From Pyrodictium abyssi (lineage in GTDB: Archaea > Thermoproteota > Thermoprotei_A > Sulfolobales > Pyrodictiaceae): a DNA stretch of 32,000 bases. Shown here one piece after another: positions 8,288 through 16,318 of this stretch. The translations under genes and the position numbers were made by a program. The stretch is taken from the NCBI RefSeq assembly GCF_036323395.1, contig NZ_AP028907.1, forward strand, positions 2,190,001 through 2,222,000. Reading direction: 5' to 3'. Positions within the stretch are counted from its first letter, which is position 1. Each line of letters opens with the position of its first letter. The notes under the pieces are model-generated. The model was not told the DNA's origin. It saw only the letters and a list, made by a program, of their open reading frames with translations, and did no database searches.

Positions 8288-8739
8288 TAGTCTCCTCCCC
8301 GGCTTCCGTGGAGAGGGGCAGGCCTACTGTGCACGGGGAGCAGCTACGCTGCCTCGCCGGCGTGGCGTCGAGGTGGCGTCTCCGCTACCTGGTGGTCTTC
8401 GGGTCCCAGGCTAGGGGCTACGCGGGGCCTCACAGCGACTACGACGTGGCCGTCAAGGCCGGCAGGAGGCTAGCCTTCGTGGAGCGTGGCCTCCTCTACA
8501 CGGAGCTAGAGAGGTGTGTAGACGGGCGGCTCGACCTACTGTTCATAGACGACTGGGACCCCATAGCCGTGTGGGAGGCGCTAGCACACGGGAGGCTAGT
8601 CTACCACTGCGGGGCCCAGTGCCTCCGCGAATACTACGAGGACCTCGCCCGAGCCATAGACGAGGTAGCAGACCTAGAACCCATCCTGGTGCTCTTCCGG
8701 AGGGAGATGCAGCGTGCCCTCGCCGGGCCTAGTAGCTAG
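8284..8739 (+). CDS. mntA: minimal nucleotidyltransferase (MNT, MntA-like antitoxin)
   Basis: LRYLVVFGSQARGYAGPHSDYDVAV is the GSxxRG...DxD nucleotidyltransferase motif. The TTG start overlaps the TGT-like stop (TTGA), though a later GTG near 8329 is also possible. A HEPN partner follows. Confidence 0.8.
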   Translation: MIVSSPASVERGRPTVHGEQLRCLAGVASRWRLRYLVVFGSQARGYAGPHSDYDVAVKAGRRLAFVERGLLYTELERCVDGRLDLLFIDDWDPIAVWEALAHGRLVYHCGAQCLREYYEDLARAIDEVADLEPILVLFRREMQRALAGPSS

Positions 8740-9139
8740 GGTGACGCGGGCCCGGAGGAGCCTCGAGAGGCTTAGGAGGCTGGCCTCGATGCCCTGGGAG
8801 GAGTACAGCGTAGACGAGGACGCGCAGGCGCTAGCGGAGAGGCACCTCCACATACTCCTGGAGTCCATCCTCGACCTCGCAGCGTTCATCGCCGCCCGCC
8901 GCGGCCTGGCATGGAGCCCGACCTACCGCGGTGTAGTCGAGGCCCTCGTGGCCAGCGGCCTCGTGCCAGAGGAGCTAAGGAGCCTCGCCCTCTCAGCAGC
9001 CGGCATGAGGAACATACTGGTCCACGGCTACGCGGAGGTACGGCACGACATAATCTACGAAGTACTCCGACACGACCTAGACCGGCTAGAAAGACTCCTC
9101 GACACGCTGTGGAGGGAAGCAGAGAACCTAGACCCCTAG
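8714..9139 (+). CDS. hepT: HEPN-domain (DUF86, HepT-like) toxin
   Basis: 141 aa containing RNILVHGY (Rx4H HEPN RNase motif) in a helical protein. It overlaps the MNT gene by 26 nt. Confidence 0.85.
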   Translation: MPSPGLVARVTRARRSLERLRRLASMPWEEYSVDEDAQALAERHLHILLESILDLAAFIAARRGLAWSPTYRGVVEALVASGLVPEELRSLALSAAGMRNILVHGYAEVRHDIIYEVLRHDLDRLERLLDTLWREAENLDP

Positions 9140-9185
9140 CACCAACCACTCCGGCACCACATATACGCCTCCCCTAGGGCCGTGT

Positions 9186-9521
9186 ATGCCGGGGCGTTGG
9201 GCTGTGGCCTACGCTGGTGCTGCGGCTGCCGCGGCTGGGGCCTCGGCGTCTGCCCAGGCCAAGGCGTTCACCTACGGCTTCCTCGTAGTGGAGCCCAGCG
9301 AGTTTCTGAAGCTACTGGGCAGGAGCAAGGAGCCGGTGGTGGTTGTTGTCCGCCGGCGCGTCGGGATACTGAACCGGAGGGACGAGCTCGTCTACATAGC
9401 CGGGTACGGCGACTTCACGGTGCTTACCCGGTCCCCAGAGCCACTACCCCTACCCCCAGGGACCGAGGTCATAGAGGCCCGGAAGCTAGTGCTCCCGCCC
9501 GCAGTCCTGACAGCACTCTAG
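9186..9521 (+). CDS. hypothetical small protein with an Ala-rich signal-peptide-like N-terminus
   Basis: 111 aa starting MPGRWAVAYAGAAAAAAGASASAQA, followed by a mixed-composition domain with native codon usage. The alternative overlapping frame (9182..9556) is Arg/Pro/Gly-rich junk. Confidence 0.5.
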   Translation: MPGRWAVAYAGAAAAAAGASASAQAKAFTYGFLVVEPSEFLKLLGRSKEPVVVVVRRRVGILNRRDELVYIAGYGDFTVLTRSPEPLPLPPGTEVIEARKLVLPPAVLTAL

Positions 9522-9658
9522 CCCGGAGACTCGTCGTCCCAGCCGGGGTCAGTTAGACGCCCGCGGATATGCCTGGTCTCGCGTGCTGGGGGTGCTGCCT
9601 CTCTACATTGCCATGCAGTGTAGGGCCCCGTGGGCGCGCCGCCCTAGGCCATGGTCTG

Positions 9659-10255
9659 CTAGTCTCTGTGGTGGCGTGACATCTCTCTTAGTTTCTCGTG
9701 GAGCCTCTGCAGAGCCTCCTGGTGCTCTCTGGTCCACTTGCCCTGGCTCTCTAGCCTCGGCTTTACCTGCTCCTCGACTATCTCGGCTAGCTTGCCTAGG
9801 ATGGATGCGATGTCCCTTGCAGCCTCTCCGCGGTCTGGGTACTTGCTCAGCTCCCCGGAGGGGTCTGGGCCGTGGTACTGGTAGTCGTGGAGCTCGAGCG
9901 CTGTGCTGGTGAGGTGCGTGTAGTATGGCACCCCAGCGGCCTCCTCTACGAGCCTTGCTAGGGGCTTGAGCCGGCTGCTAGGCACCCGAGGTACCCCGAC
10001 CTCCTCTAGCCATTTCCTCTCCTTCTCGCCTAACATCTCTACTATCCTGTCCCTCTCTAGGGCTAGCAGCGCTGCTGTTAGCGCCCGCCACGCCTGGAAC
10101 GCCTTACCCGCAGCGTTCCTGGTGTAGCCCTCCTCGAGGAATCGTAGCGCTATCTGAGCTTCTAGGAGAGCTTCCAGTGCCCGGGCAGAGGCGTAGCCCA
10201 CTAGGTCTCGCCGGGGCTTGGGCAGGGGCTGCTCGAGTAGCGCTGCGGGGTTCAA
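9659..10255 (-). CDS. PaREP1-family (HEPN-related) protein
   Basis: 198-aa all-helical protein. LEEGYTRNAAGKAFQAWRALTAALLA and a later ALELHDYQYHG match the PaREP1 pattern (helical pair, then an aromatic/His segment) common in crenarchaeal accessory regions. Confidence 0.65.
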   Translation of the reverse strand: MNPAALLEQPLPKPRRDLVGYASARALEALLEAQIALRFLEEGYTRNAAGKAFQAWRALTAALLALERDRIVEMLGEKERKWLEEVGVPRVPSSRLKPLARLVEEAAGVPYYTHLTSTALELHDYQYHGPDPSGELSKYPDRGEAARDIASILGKLAEIVEEQVKPRLESQGKWTREHQEALQRLHEKLREMSRHHRD

Positions 10256-10274
10256 AGCCGCTGTACCCAGAGGG

Positions 10275-11306
10275 ATGGGTAGAGGGCTGCCTGGCTCCTA
10301 TAGTGTTGCCCCGCTAGAACACATGTACGTGGCGGTATCCAGGGGCTGGTTGTGGCGCTGTATTTATGTCTGGGCTAGTGTTTTGTCGCATTCTTTCCCG
10401 CCGGCTCCGCTGACGGGGGCTGCTGCCTTGGCCTTGGAGGCTGTGTTCTATGTCGCGCGGGTGGTGTTCCGGCCGCTGCGCCGGGTGGCGTTGACGGCGT
10501 GGAGCGGGGTGTACGCGGGCAGGGCTGTCTATGAGAGCCTCAACCGGGCCGGGATAGTGCTCGACCGGGGTGGATTGTTCCGGGTCTCCCCGGTCTACCC
10601 CCTGGGGTCCCGTGCCCCGGTGGGCGGGTTCCTGGCTCCAGGCGAGCGGTACTGGTTCCGGGCCGTGTTCTGGGGCGCTCCCGGCTCCGCTAGCGGGCAG
10701 CAGCTGGCTCGGGGCCTTATGGCGGGCCTTGGGCTGTGGACCCGGGAGCTTGTGGTGGAGGAGCTGAGCCTGGAGGAGAGGAGGGCCCGTCTGCCGGACC
10801 CCGGCGCGGGGGAGGGCGAGGCGGATGGCGAGCCGGTGGCGGCGCTGGTGCGGGTGCGGCACGGGCCCACATTCTACCGGTTCCACGGCGCTGTGGTCTC
10901 GTATCCTAGCCCCTGGAGGCTCGTGGCGAGCATCGCGCGGCGGCTGAGCCTGGCCACGGGGATCGACTACCGGCCACTGGCGCGCCGGCTGCAGCCGTGC
11001 CTAGAGCTGGCTGTGGACCGGACGAGGCGGGTGAGGATACGGCTCAGCCACGGTGCGGAGCCGCCGGTGTTCACCGGCGAGGCTCTCTACCACGCTGTGT
11101 GCCCCAGGGGCCTGGCCTCGGCGCTCCAGAGGCTCCTCGAGGCCGGCGTCTACACGGGTGCTGGGGCGAGCCCCGGCCTCGGCCTAGGCGAGATACACGC
11201 CGTGGACCTGGGGCCTCCGCGGCACCGGGCCCCGCCGGCCCTCGAGCCCTGGACCGAGGAGCAGGAGGAGCCCAGCGGCGCCGAAAAGGAGGCCCGGCCA
11301 GCATAG
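10275..11306 (+). CDS. Cas6/RAMP-like protein (orphan)
   Basis: A C-terminal glycine-rich loop (YTGAGASPGLGLGEIH) is preceded by strand-like segments (VRVRHGPTFYRF, VRIRLSHGAEPPVFTGEALYHAV). FRVSPVYPLG resembles the Cas6 xFxxSPL segment. The longest ORF (TTG 10218) overlaps the divergent PaREP1 gene, so ATG 10275 or 10323 is more plausible. That this is a CDS is likely; the family call is tentative. Confidence 0.45.
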   Translation: MGRGLPGSYSVAPLEHMYVAVSRGWLWRCIYVWASVLSHSFPPAPLTGAAALALEAVFYVARVVFRPLRRVALTAWSGVYAGRAVYESLNRAGIVLDRGGLFRVSPVYPLGSRAPVGGFLAPGERYWFRAVFWGAPGSASGQQLARGLMAGLGLWTRELVVEELSLEERRARLPDPGAGEGEADGEPVAALVRVRHGPTFYRFHGAVVSYPSPWRLVASIARRLSLATGIDYRPLARRLQPCLELAVDRTRRVRIRLSHGAEPPVFTGEALYHAVCPRGLASALQRLLEAGVYTGAGASPGLGLGEIHAVDLGPPRHRAPPALEPWTEEQEEPSGAEKEARPA

Positions 11307-11591
11307 GTATCTGCTTGGCCGGGGCTTGTTCTGGCGCTTTGGCGCAGGGTCTATCCCAGCCTGGTAGGCTTTGGGGCGCAGGCGTAGCTCCGCGTCCTGG
11401 ACACCAGGCTCTAGAGCGGCGCCATGGCCTGGGGCGGTGCTGCTAGGACCAGGGTCTCCGGCCCTCTCTCGGGCAGGCGGGCGAGCCTCAAGGGAGAAGC
11501 CGGGGGACACCCATATAGAGCACCCTGGCGGCACAGCATTTGATGGTACAGCTCCTTCCCGGTCCATCTCAGCTCGTGTAGTAGGGGCGGG

Positions 11592-11867
11592 GTGCTGCTG
11601 GTGACTGCTGTTGCCGTGCTAGACGCTTTGACCAGGGAGGCTAGGCTGTTGAGGGCTAAGCTAAGAGTCTACGATGCTAGGATACGCGAGCTAGAGGAGA
11701 AGCACAGAATGAGCTCTGACGAGTTCCTCGCCGGGTTCGAGAGAGGAGAGCTGGGGGACGACGAGGACTACTTCCTCTGGTGGAGCTACCTGAGGGCCAG
11801 GGCAACGATAGCTGAGAGGCTAAAGGAGCTTGAGAAGGAGATACGGAAGCTTCAGGGACTACGCTAG
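11592..11867 (+). CDS. small helical antitoxin-like protein upstream of the TumE-like gene
   Basis: 91 aa with ...SSDEFLAGFERGELGDDEDYFLWWSYLRARATIAERLKELE. Its 3-prime end overlaps the next ORF. It is similar in pattern to the 15347..15571 product. Confidence 0.6.
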   Translation: MLLVTAVAVLDALTREARLLRAKLRVYDARIRELEEKHRMSSDEFLAGFERGELGDDEDYFLWWSYLRARATIAERLKELEKEIRKLQGLR

Positions 11868-12228
11868 CTGGTTCCACGACGTTATCAGCTCGTTTGGAGA
11901 GGCCATTGTAGACTATAGCATATCCATCGAGGAGGTTACTCCCTCGGAGGGGCTCATCCGGGGAGTCATAGTGTTCCTCGACGGCTCTAGGCTCCGTTTC
12001 CTCGAGTACGTCTCTATCACCGGAGGCAACGCGGCCAGGCTCAAGTATAGGTATCACTACGAGGACCCGGATGGCAGGCTGGTCTTCCGCTACGATAATG
12101 CGCCGCACCACCCCGAGGTGGAGACGTTCCCGCACCACAAGCATCTGGGCGACGGCAGGGTAGTCGCATCCATTGCTCCCTCGATAAGGAGCGTCCTGGA
12201 GGAGATACTAGACCTCATACCGGTCTAG
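11830..12228 (+). CDS. TumE/DUF6516-like putative toxin
   Basis: 132 aa with LDGSRLRFLEY, YRYHY and FRYDNAPHHPEVETFPHHKH. This is the conserved xDNAPHH...FPHHKH signature I associate with the DUF6516/TumE family. Confidence 0.6.
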   Translation: MRRRYGSFRDYASWFHDVISSFGEAIVDYSISIEEVTPSEGLIRGVIVFLDGSRLRFLEYVSITGGNAARLKYRYHYEDPDGRLVFRYDNAPHHPEVETFPHHKHLGDGRVVASIAPSIRSVLEEILDLIPV

Positions 12229-12291
12229 CGCGGCGCTGGAGACACGGCACTGTGTATTGCCATCCGCGTTCTCTACGCCATGGAGCTGGGT

Positions 12292-13749
12292 TTAGTGTTG
12301 TGTTTCTTTCCGTAGTGGTAGTAGTGCTAGGAGGACTGCTGTGGAGACGGCTAGTGTCCAGAAGGGCGCGGGTAGGCCTAGTAGTAGCGGCTTGGCGAGT
12401 GCCTTCACCCCGTAGGCTATCGCTGCCGCGGTTGCTAGGGCGGCGCCGGAGGCCATCGAGGCGAGTGCTGCCTGCCAGCGGCCCCGTGCTAGCTCGGGCT
12501 TCGCCCACGCGAGGATGGTGGCGGGCGCGGTGGAGAGGAGTATGGCGGAGGACAGCACGGATAGCGCTACTATGAAGCCTATCCTGGCTAGTGCTAGGGC
12601 GCTAGCGGCGGCTATGAGCACTGCTACCACGGCTGCTCCGAGGAGTATCTCTGCTCGCTCGCTGGGCCTCCGGGCCCTCGGCGCGTAGAGGTCTCTTACG
12701 ACGCTGCTCGCCACGCTGAGCGCTATGGAGTCCGCTGTGGAGACGGCTGCCGCTACTATGCTGGTGAACACTATCGCCGAGAGCAGCGGCGGCGCGTGGG
12801 CTAGGAGTGTCGGCGTCACGGCGTCTCGGCGCTCTATGGGGGCTAGTAGGCCGGCTTCGCTGAGGCTCCGGGCAAGCAGCCCCGTGAGGGTGACTGCTAC
12901 TGTGTACGCGAGCCCGAACACGGCGAACCAGACCACCATGCCCCTGAGCGCCTTTGGGCTCCTGGGCATGAAGAGCCGCTGGACCGCCTGGGGGTTCGTG
13001 GCGGCGAAGAACATCCATGGTAGCGTGAAGCCCAGGAATACGCTGGGCTGCCAGAACTCGGTTAGGCCTAGCAGCCCCTTCTCGCCCAGCAGCCTGGTGG
13101 CGCCGTCGAAGCCGATGCTGCCGGCTACCCAGCCTGCTAGCCACGCTAGGAGGAGGGACGCCGAGGCTATCATCCATAGGCCCTGGAGGGCGTCGGTGAC
13201 GGCTACGCTCCATACACCGGCTACGAGCGTCCAGGCGATCATCACCGCCGCGCCGAGGGCCACGCCGTAGAGGTAGGCGGCGTCGCTGCCCGCTAGGCCC
13301 GCCACGGCCTCGGCTATGCCCTTGACCTGGGCGCTCATGTAGGGCACGAGGGCGTAGAGGTACACCACCGCTACGGCGGCTGCTAGCTTCTTGGAGCCGT
13401 AGAGGTCGCCGAGCATCTCGGCCGGGCTTATCCACCGCCTCTCCCGGGCCAGGGCCCATACCCTTGGGGCGAAGAGGGAGAGGAGGAGCATCGTGCCCAC
13501 GAAGTAGACGAGCTCGAAGCCCAGCGCCCCGGTGCCGGTCGAGTATGCGAACCCTACGAGCCCGACTATCATGAAGGCGCTGTACGTGGTAGCCGCGTAA
13601 GTCATCGCTGCCAGGAAGGTGCCTAGCCGGTAGCCCGCGACGTAGTAGTCCTGGCTACTCCTGACACCGGCCCGCCGCGCAGCCACGGCTAGCAGTGTGC
13701 CGACCAGCATGTAGAGCGCGAGCACGGCTAGGCCAAGGGACACCGCCAT
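12292..13749 (-). CDS. sodium:solute symporter (SSS) family transporter
   Basis: Polytopic membrane protein starting MAVSLGLAVLALYMLVG...SSQDYYVAGYRLGTFLAAMTYAATTYSAFMIVG (SSS N-terminal signature). The track ORF extends to 14091, but that extension is Arg/Gly-rich and overlaps the small upstream gene. ATG 13749 is chosen. Confidence 0.85.
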   Translation of the reverse strand: MAVSLGLAVLALYMLVGTLLAVAARRAGVRSSQDYYVAGYRLGTFLAAMTYAATTYSAFMIVGLVGFAYSTGTGALGFELVYFVGTMLLLSLFAPRVWALARERRWISPAEMLGDLYGSKKLAAAVAVVYLYALVPYMSAQVKGIAEAVAGLAGSDAAYLYGVALGAAVMIAWTLVAGVWSVAVTDALQGLWMIASASLLLAWLAGWVAGSIGFDGATRLLGEKGLLGLTEFWQPSVFLGFTLPWMFFAATNPQAVQRLFMPRSPKALRGMVVWFAVFGLAYTVAVTLTGLLARSLSEAGLLAPIERRDAVTPTLLAHAPPLLSAIVFTSIVAAAVSTADSIALSVASSVVRDLYAPRARRPSERAEILLGAAVVAVLIAAASALALARIGFIVALSVLSSAILLSTAPATILAWAKPELARGRWQAALASMASGAALATAAAIAYGVKALAKPLLLGLPAPFWTLAVSTAVLLALLPLRKETQH

Positions 13750-13781
13750 CCCGTCGGCCACCCCTCCCCTGCTCCCGGGGG

Positions 13782-13991
13782 CTACTGCGCGGGGGCCTCC
13801 CCCGCGGTGCGTGCTGCTAGCCTGGCAAGGGCGTAGGCCGAGTAGGCCGCCGCCACTGCTACCCAGTAGACGTAGAGGCTCCAGTCGCGCGCATCCCCTA
13901 GCACCGTGTAGGGCACCAGGTACATCGCTGCGAGGGCTGCTAGGCCAGCGGCGGCGTCGAGTAGCCAGCCCCCGGGCATGTCCCCATCCAC
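13782..13991 (-). CDS. small two-TM membrane protein accompanying the symporter
   Basis: 69 aa with two hydrophobic helices, ending 33 nt upstream of the symporter start. The arrangement resembles the small subunits often encoded ahead of SSS transporters. Confidence 0.5.
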   Translation of the reverse strand: MDGDMPGGWLLDAAAGLAALAAMYLVPYTVLGDARDWSLYVYWVAVAAAYSAYALARLAARTAGEAPAQ

Positions 13992-14139
13992 CGCGAACAG
14001 TTGTTCGGTAAACTAAACCCCTAAAAACTCGCCGGCGCCACCATCCACGAGGGCCCCAGGCAGGGGGAACCCTTAAGACCAAGGATGCCACCTCTACCTA
14101 GTGCCCTCGGTGCACAGCCACAAGCGCTAGGCTAGAACC

Positions 14140-15168
14140 ATGGGGGCCGGTAGTAGGGGCTCGCTGAGGCATAGGCTGCTAGGACTAGTCGCAGCCGAGC
14201 CCGGGCTCAGCGTATCGGAGATAGCCGCCAGGCTAGGCGCGTCCAAGAGCACGGTATCGGTGCTCGTCCGGAGGCTCGAGGCCGAGGGGCTCCTACGCCG
14301 GGTCCGCCGGGGCTCCATGGTCCTCGTCTACCCCGCCCAGGGGGCAGCCGGCGGCAGCAGCCCAGCCGGGGCGGAGGCTCGGCGGCTCCGGCTCGGCATA
14401 GTGAGGGCGGCCGAGTACCCCTTCATAGCCCACCTCGCCAAGGCGCTTAGGCACCGCGGCGTAGAGCTAGAGGTAGTGGTCTACGACAACGGGCTAGACG
14501 CGTCCTTCGACCTGGTATCGGGCAGGCTAGACCTGGCGCTCGCGCCGCTGCCAACCCAGGTCCTCTTCTACGCGCTCACGGGGCGGCTCCGCATAATAGG
14601 CGGCGGCGCCTACGGCGGAGCCTACGTCCTCGAGTCCCGGGCCGCCAGGGGCCACACCGCCTACACGACGCGCGCGTCCACGATGGAGCTCTGCCTCAAC
14701 ACCAGCGGCGTAGTGGACTACGCCGAGGCCGTGGTCTACGCCGGGGCCGGGCACGGTATAGAGGAGGCCCTGGCCAGGGGCCGGGCACGGTACGCTGCGC
14801 TCTGGGAGCCCTACGCCAGCCAGGCCCTCTCCAGGGGAGACGTCAGAGTAGTCGCGGCCTGCAGCGACCTAGGTGTGGAGAACTGCTGCACACTAGCAGC
14901 CAACCCCGACAGGCTAGGCCCGGAGCAGCGGAGCCTCATAGCCAGGCTGTACAGCGAAGCGCTCGCCGAGTACCAGCGGAGGCCAGACGCCATGCTAGAG
15001 TGGTACTCGGGCCTCACCGGTATACCCGTGGACACGCTACGCCGGGTACAGGCGAGCTACAGGATAGCCCACGAGGTGAACCCGGCCACGGCCGAGAGGA
15101 TCCTGGAGCGCGCGGGCATGAGGATGCCACGGCCAGCCCTCGTCAGGGAAGCAGTAGAGCAGCCATAA
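14140..15168 (+). CDS. winged-HTH transcriptional regulator fused to a type-2 periplasmic-binding-like sensor domain
   Basis: The N-terminus LRHRLLGLVAAEPGLSVSEIAARLGASKSTVSVLVRRLEAEGLLRR has a MarR/ArsR-like wHTH pattern. The C-terminal approximately 260 aa (LRLGIVRAAEYPFIAHL...GRLDLALAP) resembles NMT1/SsuA-type binding domains. It is divergent from the symporter operon. Confidence 0.65.
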   Translation: MGAGSRGSLRHRLLGLVAAEPGLSVSEIAARLGASKSTVSVLVRRLEAEGLLRRVRRGSMVLVYPAQGAAGGSSPAGAEARRLRLGIVRAAEYPFIAHLAKALRHRGVELEVVVYDNGLDASFDLVSGRLDLALAPLPTQVLFYALTGRLRIIGGGAYGGAYVLESRAARGHTAYTTRASTMELCLNTSGVVDYAEAVVYAGAGHGIEEALARGRARYAALWEPYASQALSRGDVRVVAACSDLGVENCCTLAANPDRLGPEQRSLIARLYSEALAEYQRRPDAMLEWYSGLTGIPVDTLRRVQASYRIAHEVNPATAERILERAGMRMPRPALVREAVEQP

Positions 15169-15346
15169 CAGCCCCCGGGCGCGTGATGCCAGGCACGGTG
15201 CTCCACCGGGCTATCCCCGTAGGAACGTGTTGGTGCTACACCCCAGGCCCTGGGTGGTTACAGTTAACAGTAAGCGGTACCCAGTATACCGTGGAAGCAG
15301 TGAATACCACGTCTTAGAGTAGCGAGGGCCACACCAGGGTCCAGCA

Positions 15347-15571
15347 TTGGCGAGAGTAGGTGCTGCCACGAAGCGGGCTACTATCCTACACCGTGTAGAG
15401 GCTGAGATAAAAGAAATTCTAAGACGCTACAATGTGGAGAGTCTCGAGGAACTCGACAAGATGATAGCTCTCGGCGAGATAGACGAGACAGACGCGCTCG
15501 ACGACCTTATACGGCTCGACCATCTGCTATGGCTTCGAGACCAGCTTCGGGGCAAGAGAAGCCGTTCCTAG
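15347..15571 (+). CDS. small helical antitoxin-like protein (solitary)
   Basis: 74 aa with ESLEELDKMIALGEIDETDALDDLIRLDHLLWLRDQL. It shows the same acidic GE(L/I)xD...W...L pattern as the 11592..11867 product. Confidence 0.5.
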   Translation: MARVGAATKRATILHRVEAEIKEILRRYNVESLEELDKMIALGEIDETDALDDLIRLDHLLWLRDQLRGKRSRS

Positions 15572-15600
15572 CCGGTCCAAGACTGCCAGGGGCCCGGGGA

Positions 15601-16081
15601 TTAGAGGGCACAGTCCCAGCCATCCCGGGGAGGGCTTCCTGTGAGCTTTCTGCGCACAAAGGCGAAGACCGTGTCGAGTAGCTCCAGGAGAGCATCGATC
15701 CGGTATCCACCTACGCCTTCGGGAGGAGTAAAGTCACATACATCATGGTCTCTACAGTGATGGAAATGATGCGGAAACGTGGAGACACGCTGCCGATGAG
15801 CTTCATGCGGGCTATTATCCCATCGATAGATACACCCATCGACGCCTCGACGGTCCAGTGTATCGCGTACCTTCCCTTCATCCTCTTGGAGAGCCAGACG
15901 TACATTGTACTTCCATCACGTAGCCTTATCTCTAGCCTCTCTGGCAGCGTTGTCTGACAGACTCCACCACATCGCCATAGCGTTCCCCGACTAGTCTTTC
16001 TAGCTTTACAAGCGCCTCTATTGCCGCGTATCCTGTATCGCTGCCCTCTGTGCCCGGGTTGTTAGACACTTCCTCCCCCAT
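15601..16081 (-). pseudogene. TumE/DUF6516-like gene with two frameshifts
   Basis: Three consecutive minus-strand frames read: MGEEVSNNPGTEGSDTGYAAIEALVKLERLVGERYGDVVESVRQ / TLPERLEIRLRDGSTMYVWLSKRMKGRYAIHW / LDRRGVDGCIYRWDNSPHEAHRQRVSTFPHHFHH...IDALLELLDTVFAFV, stop at 15601. The order of motifs (DGS, YxxHW, RWDNxPH, FPHHxH) matches the intact copy at 11830..12228. Track ORF 15711..15905 is the middle piece. Confidence 0.6.
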
Positions 16082-16117
16082 ACTCTGCGTTATTATCTAG
16101 CCGGTTTCGGCATAGCC

Positions 16118-16124
16118 TATATAA
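16118..16124 (-). promoter_or_regulatory. TATA-box-like element upstream of the decayed TumE-like gene
   Basis: TTATATA on the minus strand lies about 40 nt upstream of the ATG at 16081, a spacing compatible with an archaeal TATA/TSS/short leader. Confidence 0.35.
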
Positions 16125-16318
16125 GGCGTAGGACCTCTTGAGATTTGTAGCTGGAATTGGAGGTTTTCCTTACGCTCGGCTCCATGATTTGCCATATACA
16201 CGGTACTACTGGGGCTTGAGCCGTCGATAACCCTGTTATCGTAGTATTGAAAAGGGGACCTCTGGTGGGCCTGGTCCCCAGGGGTAGCAGGCTCTTTCAC
16301 GGGGGTGTATGATAGGCC

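Noticed and set aside
10314-11567. Antisense and alternative-frame ORFs across the Cas6-like gene and the downstream spacer (10314..10886, 10595..10870, 10997..11446, 11071..11304, 11184..11567, 11371..11604).
   Set aside because: Composition is dominated by R, P, G and A, with no motifs. They overlap a better-supported frame or lie in GC-rich intergenic DNA.
12602-13459. A 285-aa minus-strand ORF and the 12725..13270 plus-strand ORF overlapping the symporter.
   Set aside because: They are off-frame or antisense to a clear membrane-transporter frame and have Arg/Pro-rich low-complexity products.
15169-15346. A possible C/D-box sRNA (GTGATGC near 15182) in the spacer after the regulator gene.
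   Set aside because: No matching D box (CTGA), C-prime/D-prime boxes or terminal stem at appropriate spacing.
16097-16300. A 67-aa minus-strand ORF upstream of the TumE-like pseudogene, considered as its missing antitoxin.
   Set aside because: The TATA-like element for the pseudogene lies inside it. The sequence has no helical or acidic antitoxin character and has atypical composition.
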